NCBI GenBank assembly: GCA_028826165.1 | Contig: JAPDFW010000135.1 | Location: 1-64,000 of the forward strand | DNA: 64,000 bases | From: Anaeramoeba ignava BMAN | Taxonomy: Eukaryota; Protista; Anaeramoebae | Direction: 5' to 3' | Shown here: positions 1-14,900 of the stretch, piece by piece | Numbering within the stretch: the stretch's first letter is position 1 | Layout: every line of letters begins with the position of its first letter | Translations under genes and position numbers: made by a program | The notes under the pieces: generated by a model | Seen by the model: the letters and a program-made list of their open reading frames with translations, nothing else | Databases searched by the model: none | What the model was told of the DNA's origin: nothing

Positions 1-3000
1 ATCGAGGAATATTACATCAAATTAATATTTTAGATTCAAAAGGATTAAAAGAAACAGCAAAAATTATTTTTAATTCTATTACTAAAAAAGAAAATCAAAA
101 CCAAAATGAAAATGAAAATGAAAACAAAATACCAAAAAATCTTGCAATAATTTATCAAAATATATATCAAAAACAACAAAAAAAACAAAAAATTAAAAAT
201 CAAAATGAAAATCAAAATCAAATTCAAAATGAAAGTGAAATTGAAAAAAAGAAAAAAAGATATACACAAAATAATTTTTTTGGATTAAGAGATTTTTATT
301 ATTTAGTGAAAATGATTGGATTTAATTTGAAAAATGAAAAAGATAAAAATGAAGGAAAAGTTAGTAAACAAAAAATTTCTGAAATAATTTTAAATTCATT
401 TTCAAGAAATTTTGGAGGAATACCTGAATTTTTCAAAGAAACAATTTTACCATTATTAAAGAAAATGGATATTATAATGAAAATAGAAATGAAAATGAAA
501 ATGAAAATGAAAAAATAAAAAATGGAATGGAACTTGTTATTGATAATTTAGAATCAACAAATGAAGATAATAAACTCTTAACAAGACATATTATGATTCT
601 TTGTGAAAATATTGTAATTTTACCAATAATTATTGAAAAAATCAAAGATAAATTTCCCAAACAAAAAATCAAATTATTATATGGAACTTCTTTTAATGAA
701 GATAAGAAAATCCAAACATATCAAGATTTGAAAAATATTGCTAATTTGATTTCTGAACCAAATATAATTATTCTTTGTAATCAAGAACAACTTTTTGAGC
801 CATTATATGATGTTTTAAATCAAAAATATACTTTTATTGCAGGTAAATTATTTTCACATATTATTTTTGGAGCATCAACAACAAGAGTAAATATTCATCC
901 ACTTTCAAGAATTATTGTAATTATGGAAAAAGAAAGAGCATATCAAAATTTATCTATTGCAGTTTTAAACAGATTTGAAAAACAATTTATAACTTCAAAT
1001 GATTTTTTAAATTCAACAGGAATAGAATTAAGAAAACAATTAAGAAAAAATTTCAAAAATATTGAAAATATAACAAAAACAAAAACAATAACAAAAACAA
1101 TAAGAGAACAAGAATTATTTAAAGGATATTCAGAAAATTTAATTGATTCACTTTCATTCAAATTACAACAAAAACAAAAACAAAATGAAAATGAAAATGA
1201 AAATGAAAATGAAAATGAAAATGAAAATGAAAATCAAAATCAAAATGAAAAAGAAAAAGAAAAAGAAAATGAAAATCAAAAAGAAAATGAAAATCAAGAA
1301 AATCAAAATCAAAATGAATATTTGATAAAAAAATTGGTTTGAAAAATTTCAAAACAGAATCAATTCTTCAAATTCAAAATGAAATTGAAAATGAATAAAA
1401 ATGAAATTGGTTTCAAATTGAAAATGAAATTGAAAATGAAATTGAAAATGAAAATGAAAATGAAATTGAAAATCAAAATCAAAATCAAAATCAAAATCAA
1501 AATCAAAATCAAAATGAAGAAAAAATAATCAAAAATTTAAGAAAATATTTATCACAAAAACCCAAAAATTTGAATGAATTAATTTCACAAATAAATTCTT
1601 CTTCAGAAAATAAAAACAAACATTCAATTATTATTACCAATTCATTATCATCTGAATTAAAAAAGAAAATTCAAAAACAAAATGAATATGAAAATGAATA
1701 TGAATATGATATAATTCAAAATAAATTTTGGAATAAGAATGAATATGAATATGATATAATTCAAATTTCAAATTTTGGAAAAAGAAGTGAATTTGAAAAA
1801 GAAATTCAAAATCAAAATCAAAATCAAAATCAAAATCAAAATGAAAATGAAAATGAAAATGAAAACAAAACAAAAACAAAAAATTGTATTTATTCAAATT
1901 GAAGAAAATGAAAAAGAAGATATTATGAAGAAATTTCAATATATTAAGAATATAATTGAAGAAAATGATATTTTCAATAATCCAAAACAAATTATTATTA
2001 TTATTTTAGTTCATATCTTTTCAAATGAAACAAATTTTAGAATTTGTTTTGAAGAAAAATGGGAAAATTATTATTTAGAAGATTTAAATCCAATTTTTTC
2101 TTTCCCTTCCAAATTCAAATTTTCTTTATCTTCTATTTTTGATCAAATTATTAAATTGAAAATTAACCAAGATGAAAACGTTGAAACTGTTGAAACTGAT
2201 GAAACTGATGAAAATGATGAAAATGATGAAACTGATGAAATTGATGAAAATGATGAAACTGATGAAAATGATGAAACTGATGAAAATGATGAAACTGATG
2301 AAACTGATGAAAATGATGAAATTGATGAAAATGATGAAAATAATGAAAATAATGAAAATAATGAAAAAGAAAAACAAAAAAAGAAAGAAAAAAAAGAAAT
2401 TTTTGAAACACTTTTTGAAATTTCTTTTAATAGATCAAACAAAATCAAAATTGATGAATATGATGAAAAAATCAAAAAATTAATTTACAAGAAATTTCAA
2501 GAAAGTTTTGATTCAAATAAAATTGTTAATCAAGAATGGAAAAGAATTATTGAATTAATTTTAAATAACAGAATTAGAAGTTATTTTGAATCTCTAAATT
2601 CAGTTATTTATAGAAATTGGATTGATTTTTCAATTAAAATAATAATACAAATAATTGAAGAAATTGATAAATTTGGGAATTTAAATTTATATAAAAAAGA
2701 GAAATATTCAAAAGAGATATGGGAAAAATGTTTTGATAAATTTCAAATATTTGAAGTTGATTATAAACAAATAGAAAAAAATCAAAAAATAGAAAAAATT
2801 GAATTTCCATTTAGTTATTATTTCTTTTATTTCCCAGAAAAAATTAATTCTATTTTTGAAGAAATTGGAAAAAAGAAAATATTTTATTCTCCAGAATATT
2901 TAAATGATTTTCTAATTTATTATTTACCACCAGAAGATATAAAAATTTATCAAGAAATCAAAGAAATCAAAGAAATCAAAGAAATTCAAAAAGGATTAAC

Positions 3001-5193
3001 ACATAAAATACTTTCTACTTTTAATTTAGAAAAAGAATCATTTATTGAAATTGAAAAAAGTGAAAATTGGGAAGAATTTATTTCAATTATTAAATGTTAT
3101 AAATTATTAAAAATAATTGAATTTGATATCAAAAATTTGAATTTACAAGATACTCCATTAGAAAATATGATAAAAGAATTTATTAATAATTTATTTAATA
3201 AGATAAAAAATCAAAATTTAAAATATTTTTTGAATCAAATTCCAAAAGATATTCAATTTATCAAAAACAAATTAAACAAAATTTTAACAGAAAAAAGAAA
3301 GAAAAAGAAAAAAAAGAAATTATTGAAATTTGGGAAAAATTAGAACAAATTGAAATTGAAAGAATTTTATTACTTTTCAATATTGATTTTATCAATAATA
3401 ATATATTCAAAGAATTTAAATTTGAAACACCAAAATTTTTAATACAAATAATAGAAAAATGTTATGATACTAACAATACATTATTAATAGAAAATTATAA
3501 ATTCCTAATAAGAATTATAATTGAAGCAAATAATTTTCGATTAAAAAAACAAAAGAAAGAATATTATTCAAAACAAAAAAATAATCAAAATTATATTTCA
3601 TTTTGGAAAAATTTTATAAAAGAATTAATTAAAGAAATACTTAAATCAAAATTAGAAAAATTAGTAAAAGATATTATTAGAGTTTTTGTATTTGAATTAG
3701 AGAAGATTGAAATATCTATTAATCTATTACTATCAAAAAATATAAAATTAAATAATGAACTTTCTCATTCAAATATTTTAGCTGAAAAATATCTTGAATA
3801 TAAAATAAATCAAATTCAAAATGAAATTCAAAATCAAAAAAGAAAAGGATATATAATAAAAACTGAAATTAATCAAGAAATTAAAAAAGAAATTAACAAA
3901 AACAATCAAGAAATTGAGAAAAGTAATGAAAAAATTAAAGATCAATTTGAAAAAATTACAAAATTTAGATGTGAATTATTTTTAATAAATCAAGAGAAAA
4001 CAAATCAATTTGATAATATCAAAAATTTGATAAACAAATTCAAAAATACTAATAAAGCAGAAATTAATTTATATGATGAAGCAAGAAATGAAAAAGATTT
4101 ATTATTTAAAATATATAATTCTAAATCACAAACACAAAAAGAAAATGAAAAAGAAAATGAAAATTGAAAAAGAAAAAAATGAAAAAGAAAATGAAATTGA
4201 AAAAGAAATTGAAAAAGAAAATAAAATTATATTTTTAAGATTTTCACGATTTATTAAATTGATTCAATTTTTTGAAAACGAAAATCAAAATCAAATTCAA
4301 ATTCAAATTCAAAATGAAAATGAAAATGAAAATGAAAATGAAAATCAAAAAATATTATTTATTGAAATTTTAAATGAATTAGAAAAATTAATTGAAATAT
4401 TTGATTTAAAATTAGAAAATATTTTGGAATTTATTCAAAAATTTATTCAAAAACAAAACCAAAATCAAAAGAAATACAAAGAGAAATACAAAGAGAAATA
4501 CAAAGAGAAATACAAAGAGAAATACAAAAAGAAAAACAAAAAGAAGATATTTCAACAAAATTACCAAAAAATTGGATATGGAATTCTATTCCAAAAATAG
4601 GAATTAATTCTTTAATTTTATTATTTGAAAGATTAAAAAATGAAAATCAAATTCAAAATGAAAATCAAATTCAAATTCAAAATCAAAATCAAATTCAAAT
4701 TCAAAATCAAATTCAAATCCAAAATCAAAATGAAATTGAAAATGAAAAAATCAAAAAAGAATTTCCAATAACATGGTTTTATATCAGAAATCAAGAATTA
4801 TTTGAAATATTTTCAAGATTTAAAACATTTTTTAAAATAGGAATTTCTATTTTAAATTTAGATTTAAAATCAATTATTATTTTATCAAATAAAAAAACCG
4901 AAATTCAAAATCAAAATCAAAATCAAATTCAAAATCAAAATCAAATTCAAATTCAAAATCAAAATCAAATCAAATTCAAAATCAAAATCAAAATCAAAAT
5001 CAAATCAAAATCAAAATCAAAATCAAAATCAAAATCAAAAAAATGAAAATGAAAATGAAAATGAAAGTGAAAATGAAAGTGAAAGTAAAAGTAAAAGTAA
5101 AAGTAAAAGTAAAAGTAAAAGTAAAAGTAAAAGTAAAAGTAAAAGTAAAAGTAAAAGTAAAAGTAAAAGTAAAAGTAAAAGTAAAAGTGAAAG

Positions 5194-5226
<33 letters not shown>

Positions 5227-5230
5227 AATG

Positions 5231-5261
<31 letters not shown>

Positions 5262-6536
5262 AAATGAAAGTGAAAATGAAAATGAAAATGAAAATCAAAT
5301 TCAAAATCAAAATCAAATTCAAATTCAAAATGAAGATGAAAAAAAGAAAGAAAGATATTTATCAGAAACAAAACTTGATGAATTTTGTAAACAATTAGAA
5401 CTTGAAGAATATTATTGTGATGATTTTTGTTATGTTTGGAATCAATATTATTTACATAAATCAAATGAAAAAATTATATTAATTTCACCTCAAACAAAAT
5501 TAAAAGAAATTAATGAAAGTAAAACATTTCTAAATATATTTGGATATTTCATTCAAAAATATAACAAAATGATAAAAATATTAAAAGAAAATTTTCCATC
5601 AACAAATTTCCAAATTTCTTATAAAAAAGAAATTGAATTAATCAATGAACAACAATTTCCAAAAATTTTAGAAATTAAAAAAAATGAAATTAATTCATTT
5701 ATTCAAGAAAACTTAATTGAAGAAATTTCATCACTTCATTTAATTGAAAATTTTATTCAAAATAAATTCAAAAATATAAGATTTCAAGAATTACAAATTA
5801 AATCATCAAAATTTGAAGAAAAAACAATGAAAATTGAAAAGAAAAATTAAAAGAAAAATTAAACCAAATCAAAAATAAATTTGAAAAAGATAAATTTGAA
5901 CAATATAAATTAAGTTATAAATTAAGAAAAGATATTATTCAAGAATTAGAACATTTTAGAATATTACCTAATTCTATTTATTATATTGTTAATTTGATAG
6001 AATTTTTATTAAAAAAAGAATTTAAAAAAGAAGAAGAAATTAATAAATGGAAAAATCTTAAAATTAAAACAATTATTACAACAAAAAAAATTGGAAAACA
6101 AATTGAAAATCAAATTCCAAAATTTATACATTCCATTTTATTTGGAATTATAAAACATTATATTAATGAATGCCCAAAATTTGCAAATATAGAAATGAAT
6201 AAATTAATTGATTTATATGAATCACTTTTAGAATATTATTTTGATCCTTGTGAAAAAGTTCATTCAAAATTTAAAAAACATCTTTCACATCAACAAAAAA
6301 AAGAAGTAATTAAATTTTTTGAAGAAGAAGAATCAAATATACAAAAAAATATATTAGAAAATATATTAAAAAGAATTGAAAATTTAAAAATTGAAAATAA
6401 TGCAGAAACCAAAAAGATATTTAGTTCAAAAGATTATGCATTATTTCAAAGATTACCAGAATCTTTTAAAGAACTTAAATTAAAATATATTATTCATTTC
6501 TATCAAATTTGTCACAAATTTTATCAAAAAAAATAA
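1..6536 (+). CDS. RNF213/mysterin-like giant AAA+ ATPase, C-terminal part; 5'-truncated by the window and broken by several frameshifts (assembly indels or pseudogene)
   Basis: FFGLRDFYYLVKMI, SFSRNFGG and LFEPLYDVLNQKYTFIAGKLFSHIIFGASTTRVNIHPLSRIIVIMEKERAYQNLSIAVLNRFEKQFI match the RNF213 AAA-core motifs as recalled (FFGLRDYYSL, RNFSG, LYESLYDALNQYY...RVHPNFRLIVI...LINRLEKH). ORFs 306-518, 527-1342, 1570-1902, 1775-3343, 4073-4600, 5569-5850 and 5994-6536 continue one coding-like composition across frames; last stop TAA at 6534-6536. Confidence 0.75.
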
Positions 6537-6799
6537 AAAGAATTTCAATAATCAATTCAATAATCAATTCAATAATCAATTCAATAATCAATTCAAAAAT
6601 CAATTCAATAATCAATCCAATAAAAAAAAAAAAAAAGAAAAAGAAAAAAATTATTTTTAAATCTTTTTTTCAATTCAAATCAAATAAAAAATAAAAACAA
6701 AAACAAATTTTTCAATTTAATAAACAAAAATAAAAATTGGAAATAGAAATTATTAATAATTAAATTTAAATTCTTTATTATTAAATAAATTAAGAAAAA

Positions 6800-8270
6800 A
6801 AACAATTATTATTTATTATTAAATTTTATTTAATTTTTTTGATATTTAATTAATAAAATATTTTAATTAATTTTATAAACAAAATGGAAATAGATTTAAA
6901 TTAAATATTAATTTAAAATTAATTTTTATTTTATATTTATAAATAAAATTTAATTACTAGAAATATATTATTATTAATTTAATTTTTGATATTTAATTAA
7001 TAAAATATTTTAATTAATTTTTAAACAGAATGGAAATAGATTTAAATTAAATATTAATTTGAAATTAATTTTTATTTTATATTTATAAATAAAATTAAAA
7101 TTAGAAAGATATTTTTATTAATTAATTTCTTGATATTTAATTAATAAAATATTTTAATTAATTTTATAAACAGAATGGAAATAGATTTAAATTAAATATT
7201 AATTTGAAATTAATTTTTATTTTATATTTATAAATAAAATTAATACAAAGAAATATATTTTTATTAATTAATTTTTTGATATTTAATTAATAAAATATTT
7301 TAATTAATTTTTTAAACAGAATGGAAATAGATTTAAATTAAATATTAATTTGAAATTAATTTTTATTTTATATTTATAAATAAAATTAATACAAAGAAAT
7401 ATATTATTATTAATTAATTTTTGATATTTAATTAATAAAATATTTTAATTAATTTTATAAAAGAATGGAAATAGATTTGAATTAAATATTAATTTAAAAT
7501 TAATTTTTATTTTATATTTATAAATAAAATTAATACTAAAGAAATATATTATTATTAATTAATTTTTGATATTTAATTAATAAAATATTTTAATTAATTT
7601 TATAAACAAAATGGAAATAGATTTAAATTAAATATTAATTTAAAATTAATTTTATTTTATAAATAAGAATAGATTTGAATTAAATAAATTTAATACAAGA
7701 AAATATATTATTATTAATTAATTTTTGATATTTAATTAATAAAATATTTTAATTAATTTTTAAACAGAATGGAAATAGATTTAAATTAAATATTAATTTA
7801 AAATTAATTTTTATTTTATATTTATAAATAAAATTAATACAAAGAAATATATTTTTATTAATTAATTTTTGATATTTAATTAATAAAATATTTTAATTAA
7901 TTTTTAAACAGAATGGAAATAGATTTGAATTAAATATTAATTTAAAATTAATTTTTATTTTATATTTATAAATAAAATTAATACAAAGAAAATATATTTT
8001 TATTAATTAATTTTTGATATTTAATTAATAAAATATTTTAATTAATTTTTAAACAGAATGGAAATAGATTTAAATTTAATATTAATTTGAAATTAATTTT
8101 TATTTTATTTTTATAAATAAATTTAATTATTATATTATTATTAATTAATTTTTGATATTTAATTAATAAAATATTTTAATTAATTTTATAAACAGAATAA
8201 ATATATTTAAATTTAAATATTAAAAAATAATTTATATTTTATATTTATAAATAAAATTAATACTAAAAAA
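6800..8270. repeat. ~145-146 bp tandem satellite, about 10 copies
   Basis: Marker ATGGAAATAGATTT recurs at about 6884, 7030, 7175, 7321, 7465, 7611, 7769, 7913 and 8058; spacing 144-146 bp with one 158 bp unit. Confidence 0.93.
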
Positions 8271-8480
8271 TGGAATAAATAAATGGAAAAAATTTTAAAA
8301 AAAAATAAAAAAGAAATTTTTTCGAATGAAAAAAAAAATTTAACAAAAAATTTAAATTAAAAAATAAAATAAAAATAAAAAGAAAAAATTTAATTAATTT
8401 TATTTTCATTCTTTTTCTTTTTTAATAATTTTTTATTATTTTAAATTTAAATTTTTTAAAAACTAAAACAAAAAAACAAA

Positions 8481-9059
8481 ATGCAATCAATTAAATGTGT
8501 AGTTGTTGGAGATGGAGCAGTTGGTAAAACATGTTTATTAATATCATATACAACAAATGCATTTCCAGGAGAATATATACCAACAGTATTTGATAATTAT
8601 TCAGCCAATGTAATGGTAGATGGAAAACCAATCAATTTAGGATTATGGGATACAGCAGGACAAGAAGATTACGATAGATTAAGACCATTATCATATCCAC
8701 AAACGGATGTATTTTTGATCTGCTTTTCATTGATTTCACCTTCTTCTTTTGAAAACGTTAGAGCTAAATGGGTTCCTGAAATTCATCATCATTGTTCTAA
8801 TGTTCCAATGATTCTTGTTGGTACTAAGCTTGATTTGAGAGATGACCAAGATACTATCATGAAACTTGAAGAAAAAGGTTTATCTCCTATTAGTTATCAA
8901 GCTGGTATGGATATGGCTAAAGAAATTAAAGCGGTTAAATATTTGGAATGTTCTGCTTTGACTCAAAAAAATTTGAAAACTGTTTTTGATGAATCTATTC
9001 GTGCTGTTCTTTCTCCTGTTAAACCTGATAAACCAAAAAAGAAATGCTCTATTTTATAA
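8481..9059 (+). CDS. RAC1: Rac1-type Rho GTPase, intronless
   Basis: GDGAVGKT P-loop, YIPTVFDNY switch [19 protein letters not shown], polybasic tail and CAAX box CSIL. Confidence 0.97.
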   Translation: MQSIKCVVVGDGAVGKTCLLISYTTNAFPGEYIPTVFDNYSANVMVDGKPINLGLWDTAGQEDYDRLRPLSYPQTDVFLICFSLISPSSFENVRAKWVPEIHHHCSNVPMILVGTKLDLRDDQDTIMKLEEKGLSPISYQAGMDMAKEIKAVKYLECSALTQKNLKTVFDESIRAVLSPVKPDKPKKKCSIL

Positions 9060-9330
9060 TTTTCTTTTTTTTTTTAAAAACAAAGAAAACAAAAATTTTA
9101 ATAAAATATCTTGTTATTGAAAAATCAAAAAAATATATTTTAATTTTTGTTCCACTTTTTTTCTTTTTTTTAAAATTAAAAATTAAAAATTAAAAATTAA
9201 AAATTAAAAATTAAAAATTAAAAATTAAAAATTAAAAATTAAAAATTAAATTCTTTTGGAATTTATTCTGTTTTATTATTGATTTTTTAAATTGAAAAAA
9301 AAAATTTTTTTAAACTAAAATTGAATAAAA

Positions 9331-11627
9331 TTAAACACCAGGTCCAACTCTTAAACCATATCCAAAAAGATAAGTATTAGAAATATAATCAATTTCAGCA
9401 CTTAATTTAAAAGAAATAAGAGGATGAAGCATTTGTTCAAGAAGTGTTGAAATTTTTCCATTTGAATTAATTTGTCCACCAACTCTCATCTAAAGTTCAA
9501 TTCCATCCAATTTTTGGATTAATATAAAAAAATAATTTAATTTTTGGATTAAAATAATTTATTAATTTAAATTTTTGGATTAAAATAATTAATTAATTTT
9601 TTGGATTAAATTAATTAAATTAATTAAATTTTTGGATTAAATTAATTTTTGGAATAAAATAAATAATTAAATTTTGGATTAAATTAATTAAATTTTTGGA
9701 TTAAATTAATTAAATTTTTGAATTAAAATAATTAATTTAATTTTTGGATTAAATTAATTAATTAAATTTTTGAATTAAAATAATTAATTTAATTTTTGGA
9801 TTAAATTAATTAATTAATTTTTTGAATTAAATTAATTAAATTTTTTAGATTAAAATAAATAAATTAATTAAATTTTTGGATTTAAATTAATTTTTAAATA
9901 ATTAATTTTTTGGATTTAAATAATTAAAAACAAACTTGGCGCAAGGAATATAAATAACCAACATTCATAGCACTTAAACCATTTTCAATATTATAAATAA
10001 ACTCAGCAGCTAAACCAACTCTTGGAGTAATTTTTTGAACATAATTTGTAGAAAAATGTTTAACAGGAAAAGTAGAAAAACTTGAAGTGAAAATAAAATT
10101 ATGAGTAAAATAACGACTTGCAAAAATAATAGCTGAAGTTTTCATATTGTGATAATAAACAAATTCCATTCCAGCACTAAAACGAGGAGTTATTGATTGA
10201 AGATAAGATAATCCGAATGCTTTGTTTGGTTTCAATTTTGATTGAATTGTGAAATCTTCTCCATAATATTCTAAATCTGCTCCAAGTGTATCTTCGGAAT
10301 CTTCTTGTTTTTTTCCTGCTATTTGTGTGTATATTGTTGTTAGAAATTTCCTTCCAAATTGTTGAATATATCTTGCAAATACTGTTCCATCTCCTTTTCT
10401 GTTTCCTATTAAAGCGTACTTTATAAAATTGAATTTATAAATGAATTTGAATTTATAATTGAATTTATAATTGAATTTGAATTTATAATTGAATTTGTAA
10501 TTGAATTTGTAATTGAATTTGAATTTATAATTGAATTTGAATTTATAATTGAATTTATAATTGAATTTGAATTTATAATTGAATTTATAATTGAATTTAT
10601 ATTTGAATTTGAATTTATAAATGAATTTGAATTTATAAATGAATTTGAATTTATAATTGAATTTGAATTTATAATTGAATTTGAATTTATAATTGAATTT
10701 GTAATTGAATTTGAATTTATAATTGAATTTGAATTTATAATTGAATTTATAATTGAATTTGAATTTATAATTGAATTTATAATTGAATTTATATTTGAAT
10801 TTGAATTTATAAATGAATTTGAATTTATAATTGAATTTGAATTTATAATTGAATTTGAATTTATAATTGAATTTGAATTTATAATTGAATTTGAATTTAT
10901 AATTGAATTTGAATTTGAATTTATAATTGAATTTATAATTGAATTTGAATTTATAATTGAATTTGAATTTATAATTGAATTTGAATTTATAATTGAATTT
11001 GAATTTATAATTGAATTTGAATTTATAATTGAATTTATATTTATAATTGAATTTATAAATGAATTTGAATTTATAAATGAATTTATAATTGAATTTGAAT
11101 TTATAAATGAATTTATAATTGAATTTGAATTTATAATTGAATTTTAATTTATAATTGAATTTATAATTGAATTTGAATTTATAATTGAATTTATATTTAT
11201 AATTGAAGTTATAATTGAATTCAAAGTTATAATTGAATTTGAATTTATAAATCAAACTTTTCTTCATCAAATTGTTTCAAAAAAAAATTTTTTTTTCTTT
11301 CTTTTTTTTTGAATTTTTAAATTTTCAAAAAAAAATATAAAAATAACAAACTTTTTCTTGAACATAATTAGCACCAAAAGTATAAGAAGGTTCTTCACGT
11401 AAAGAACCCATTGATAAAGCATGAGTTAAACCAAAAGATTGATTCATTTGTTGATTAACTTCAAGTCTAAAACCATCAAAAGTTTCAACATTAAGAATTT
11501 GAGTTGATTCTTTACAAAATTGTTCAAATTTTCCTGGATTTGTTAATTTAAATGTGTTTTCTAATGGGATTTCTACTTTTGTTTCTTGATTTATACTTTC
11601 TTTTGTTTTTTTAATTTGATTTCCCAT
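9331..11627 (-). CDS. TOM40: Tom40 outer-membrane translocase of mitochondrion or related organelle; exons 11627-11352, 10418-9936, 9489-9331 (~305 aa)
   Basis: MGN start; NPGKFEQFCKE...FDGFRLEVNQ...THALSMG; FGLSYLQSITPRFSAGMEFVY; NYVQKITPRVGLAAEF; C-terminal beta-signal-like LFGYGLRV. Two GTTTGT..AG introns keep the frame. Confidence 0.9.
9500..9925. repeat. Intronic degenerate repeat (TTTTTGGATTAAATTAATTAAA-like) filling Tom40 intron 2
   Basis: TTTTGGATTAAA core recurs every ~20-27 bp. Confidence 0.85.
10425..11250. repeat. Intronic (TTGAAT/TTATAA) hexamer-mosaic repeat filling Tom40 intron 1
   Basis: Continuous ttgaatttataa / ttgaatttgaat arrays; source of the spurious FNYKFK ORF translation. 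Confidence 0.92.
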
Positions 11628-11903
11628 TTTGTTTTTTTTTTTTAATTTAAAAATGAAAATGAAAAAAATGAAAAAAATATTTTTTTTAATTTTTTAATTT
11701 TGTTAATTTTCTGGTTTTTTTTTTTATTCCACTTTTTTACTTATAATTTCCACTTTTTAAAAAATGTTTTTTATTAAATTATTTTACGAAGAAAATTCAT
11801 AATAATTCATTAATTAATTGCAATTAAAATGACCAAAAAAAAGAAAAGAAAAAAAGAAAAGAAAAGTAAAAAAGAAAAGAAATTTTAAATTTTAAATTTT
11901 AAT

Positions 11904-14900
11904 CTAAATTTTTTTAGTTCTTTTCCATTCTTTTAAAAATTGTTTCATTTCTTTTAAATTTTGAAAAGAAAAAATAATTTCTTTATTTGGTAATTCAAAC
12001 TTGCATTTCAAAGTATTTTTTTGATATTTTAAAGACCAAAACAATCTTATTGGAATAATTTCTTTGTTTTTTTCTTCCTCTAAAACAAGATTATTTTCTT
12101 GAATAAAAATATAAATTGATTCGAAATTTTCATTTTCAACTTGATAAACTTGATTTTCTTTTTTTCTTTCTTGAAAAATTCTTTGAGAAAATTTGAGCAT
12201 ATTTTCTTTATTTTGGAACCAAATTAAATAAGATAAGTTTTCTTTTGGAATAAATTTTAGAATAAACATTTCTAGTGTTGTATGTTGAATCTTTTTTTTT
12301 TTTGGAATTAAATATATATTTTGAATTAAATATTTATTTTGAATTAATTTATTTTGAATTAAATATTTATTTTGAATTAAATATTTGTTTTGAATTAAAT
12401 ATATATTTTGAATTAAATATATATTTGGAATTAAATATATATTTTGAATTAAATATATATTATGAATTAAATATTTATTTTGAATTAAATATTTATTTTG
12501 AATTAAATAATAATTTTGAATTAAATATTTATTTTGGATTAAATAATAATTTTGAATTAAATATATATTTTGAATTAAATATATATTATGAATTAAATAT
12601 ATATTTTGAATTAAATATATATTTTGAATTAAATATATATTTTGAATTAAATATATATTTTGAATAAAATATATATTTTGAATTAAATATATATTTTGAA
12701 TTAAATATTTATTTTGAATTAAATATTTATTTTGAATTAAATATATATTTTGAATTAAATATATATTTTGAATTAATTATATATTTTGAATTAAATATTT
12801 ATTTTGAATTAAATATTTATTTTGAATTATTTTTTTTCAATTAAATTTTTTTTTCTTACTCTTATTTGTGAATTTAATTCATATTCTACAACTTGATCTG
12901 GTAAAACAATTTGTAATTTTTTTGGAAATATTATTATTGTTGATGTTGATGATGAAATTTTGTTTTCTTCTACTATTTTCACATGAAAATAATCAATTGA
13001 TTGATTTTTTCCTGTCATTAAAGAATATTTTTTAAACTTGAAAAAATCTGATGCAAAAAAATGAGCTTTTTGTTTCTCTTCAAAAATAAATTCATGAGCC
13101 AAAAATTCAAATTCCAATCTGATTTTGTTTTCAATTTGAAACAACTAGATGATTAAAAATGAAAAAAAAAATTATTTGTTGATTGTGATTAAAATAAAGT
13201 GGATTTTAAAAGAAGATCGAAAAAAAAATTATTATAAAAATTAATAACCTTTGCATGTTCATCTAAGGGATGAATACAACAGTGTTTTGAAGAGAAAATG
13301 GATATGGATTGTTGGGAAAATATTAGCAATACTCCTTCAAATGATTCATGATTATTACTTATTTTTTTGGCTTCATATTTGATTATATTTTTATCATTTT
13401 GTTGATAATTTACAACAGGAAAACTTGATATTTTTTCAATTTCTTCTTGAATTTGATTAATTTCCTCAACCGAAAAAATAATTGATTCTTTATTATTGTT
13501 ATTGTTTTTTTTATATTTTTGTATTCCATTTTCATTTTCATTTTCATTTTCATTTCCATTTTCAATTTGAATTTGAATTTGATTTTTATTGTTTTCTTTA
13601 ATATTTGATTTTGTTTCTAATTTTTCCCACAAAAGTTTATTTTGAAGTTTGAAAGCTTGAAATGTTCTGAAAAAAAGTTGGCAAATATTACTTGTTGATT
13701 CTATTCGAAATTTTTTTTCATCTTGAAAAGAAATGACGATAATTGTTGGATTAAGAAAATAACACTTTATAATTTTAAATAAAAATGAAATGATTTTTTT
13801 TTTTGAAATGAATTTTCTTTTTCAAATTTGTTCAAAAAAAATTTTTTTTATAATTGTAAATCTTAATTTACATCAATAGAATCCTTCCAATCAATTGATA
13901 GTGTTTTGAAATTTTTGCTATTGATTAATAATTTTTCATATGTTAATTTAATTTGAGCTTTTGTAATTATTTTCTGATTAAATTGTTGAATATCAATAAA
14001 AAAATTTGCTTCTTTTCTTTTTAGAAATCTTTTAATAATTGCCATCATTTCATCATCATCTTTAATTATTTGAATTTTTAATGTGAAAATTATCAACAAA
14101 TTCACAATTTATTTTTTTTTTCAAATTAATCCTTAATTCATAATAATTTCCTTTTTTTTTTTTTTTAAATTTTTACAAGAAATAATTTTCCCATGAATTC
14201 CAAAAGAAAAATTTCTGATCTTGTTTAAATTTTGATAATTTTTAAACAATTCAAATAATTTCAAGATTATATAACGCTCAAAATTATTTGATGTTAAAAA
14301 TGCTATAGATTGCTCTGAATTTATTTCGAGTCTCATTTTTCTATCGTCAATTGTAGAAAGAAATAACTAAGTTCAAAACAAATTTAATTTTAATTTTAAT
14401 TTCAATTTCAATTTTAATTTTAATTTTAATTTTAATTTTAATTTTAATTTTAATTTTAATTTTAATTTTAATTTTAATTTTAATTTTAATTTTAATTTTA
14501 ATTTTAATTTTAATTTTAATTTTAATTTTAATTTTAATTTTAATTTTAATTTTAATTTTAATTTTAATTTTTAATTTTAATTTTAATTTTAATTTAATTT
14601 TAATTTTAATTTTAATTTTAATTTTAATTTTAATTTTAATTTTAATTTTTAATTTTAATTTTTAATTTTAATTTTAATTTTAATTTTAATTTTAATTTTT
14701 AATTATAATTTTAATTTTAATTTTTAATTTAAATTTTAATTTTAATTTTAATTTTTAATTTTAATTTTAATTTTAATTTTAATTTTAATTTTAATTTTAA
14801 TTTTATAAATGAATTTTAATTTTAATTTTATAAAATGAATTTTAATTTTAATTTTAATTTTAATTTTAATTTTTTAATTTTAATTTTAATTTTAAATTTT

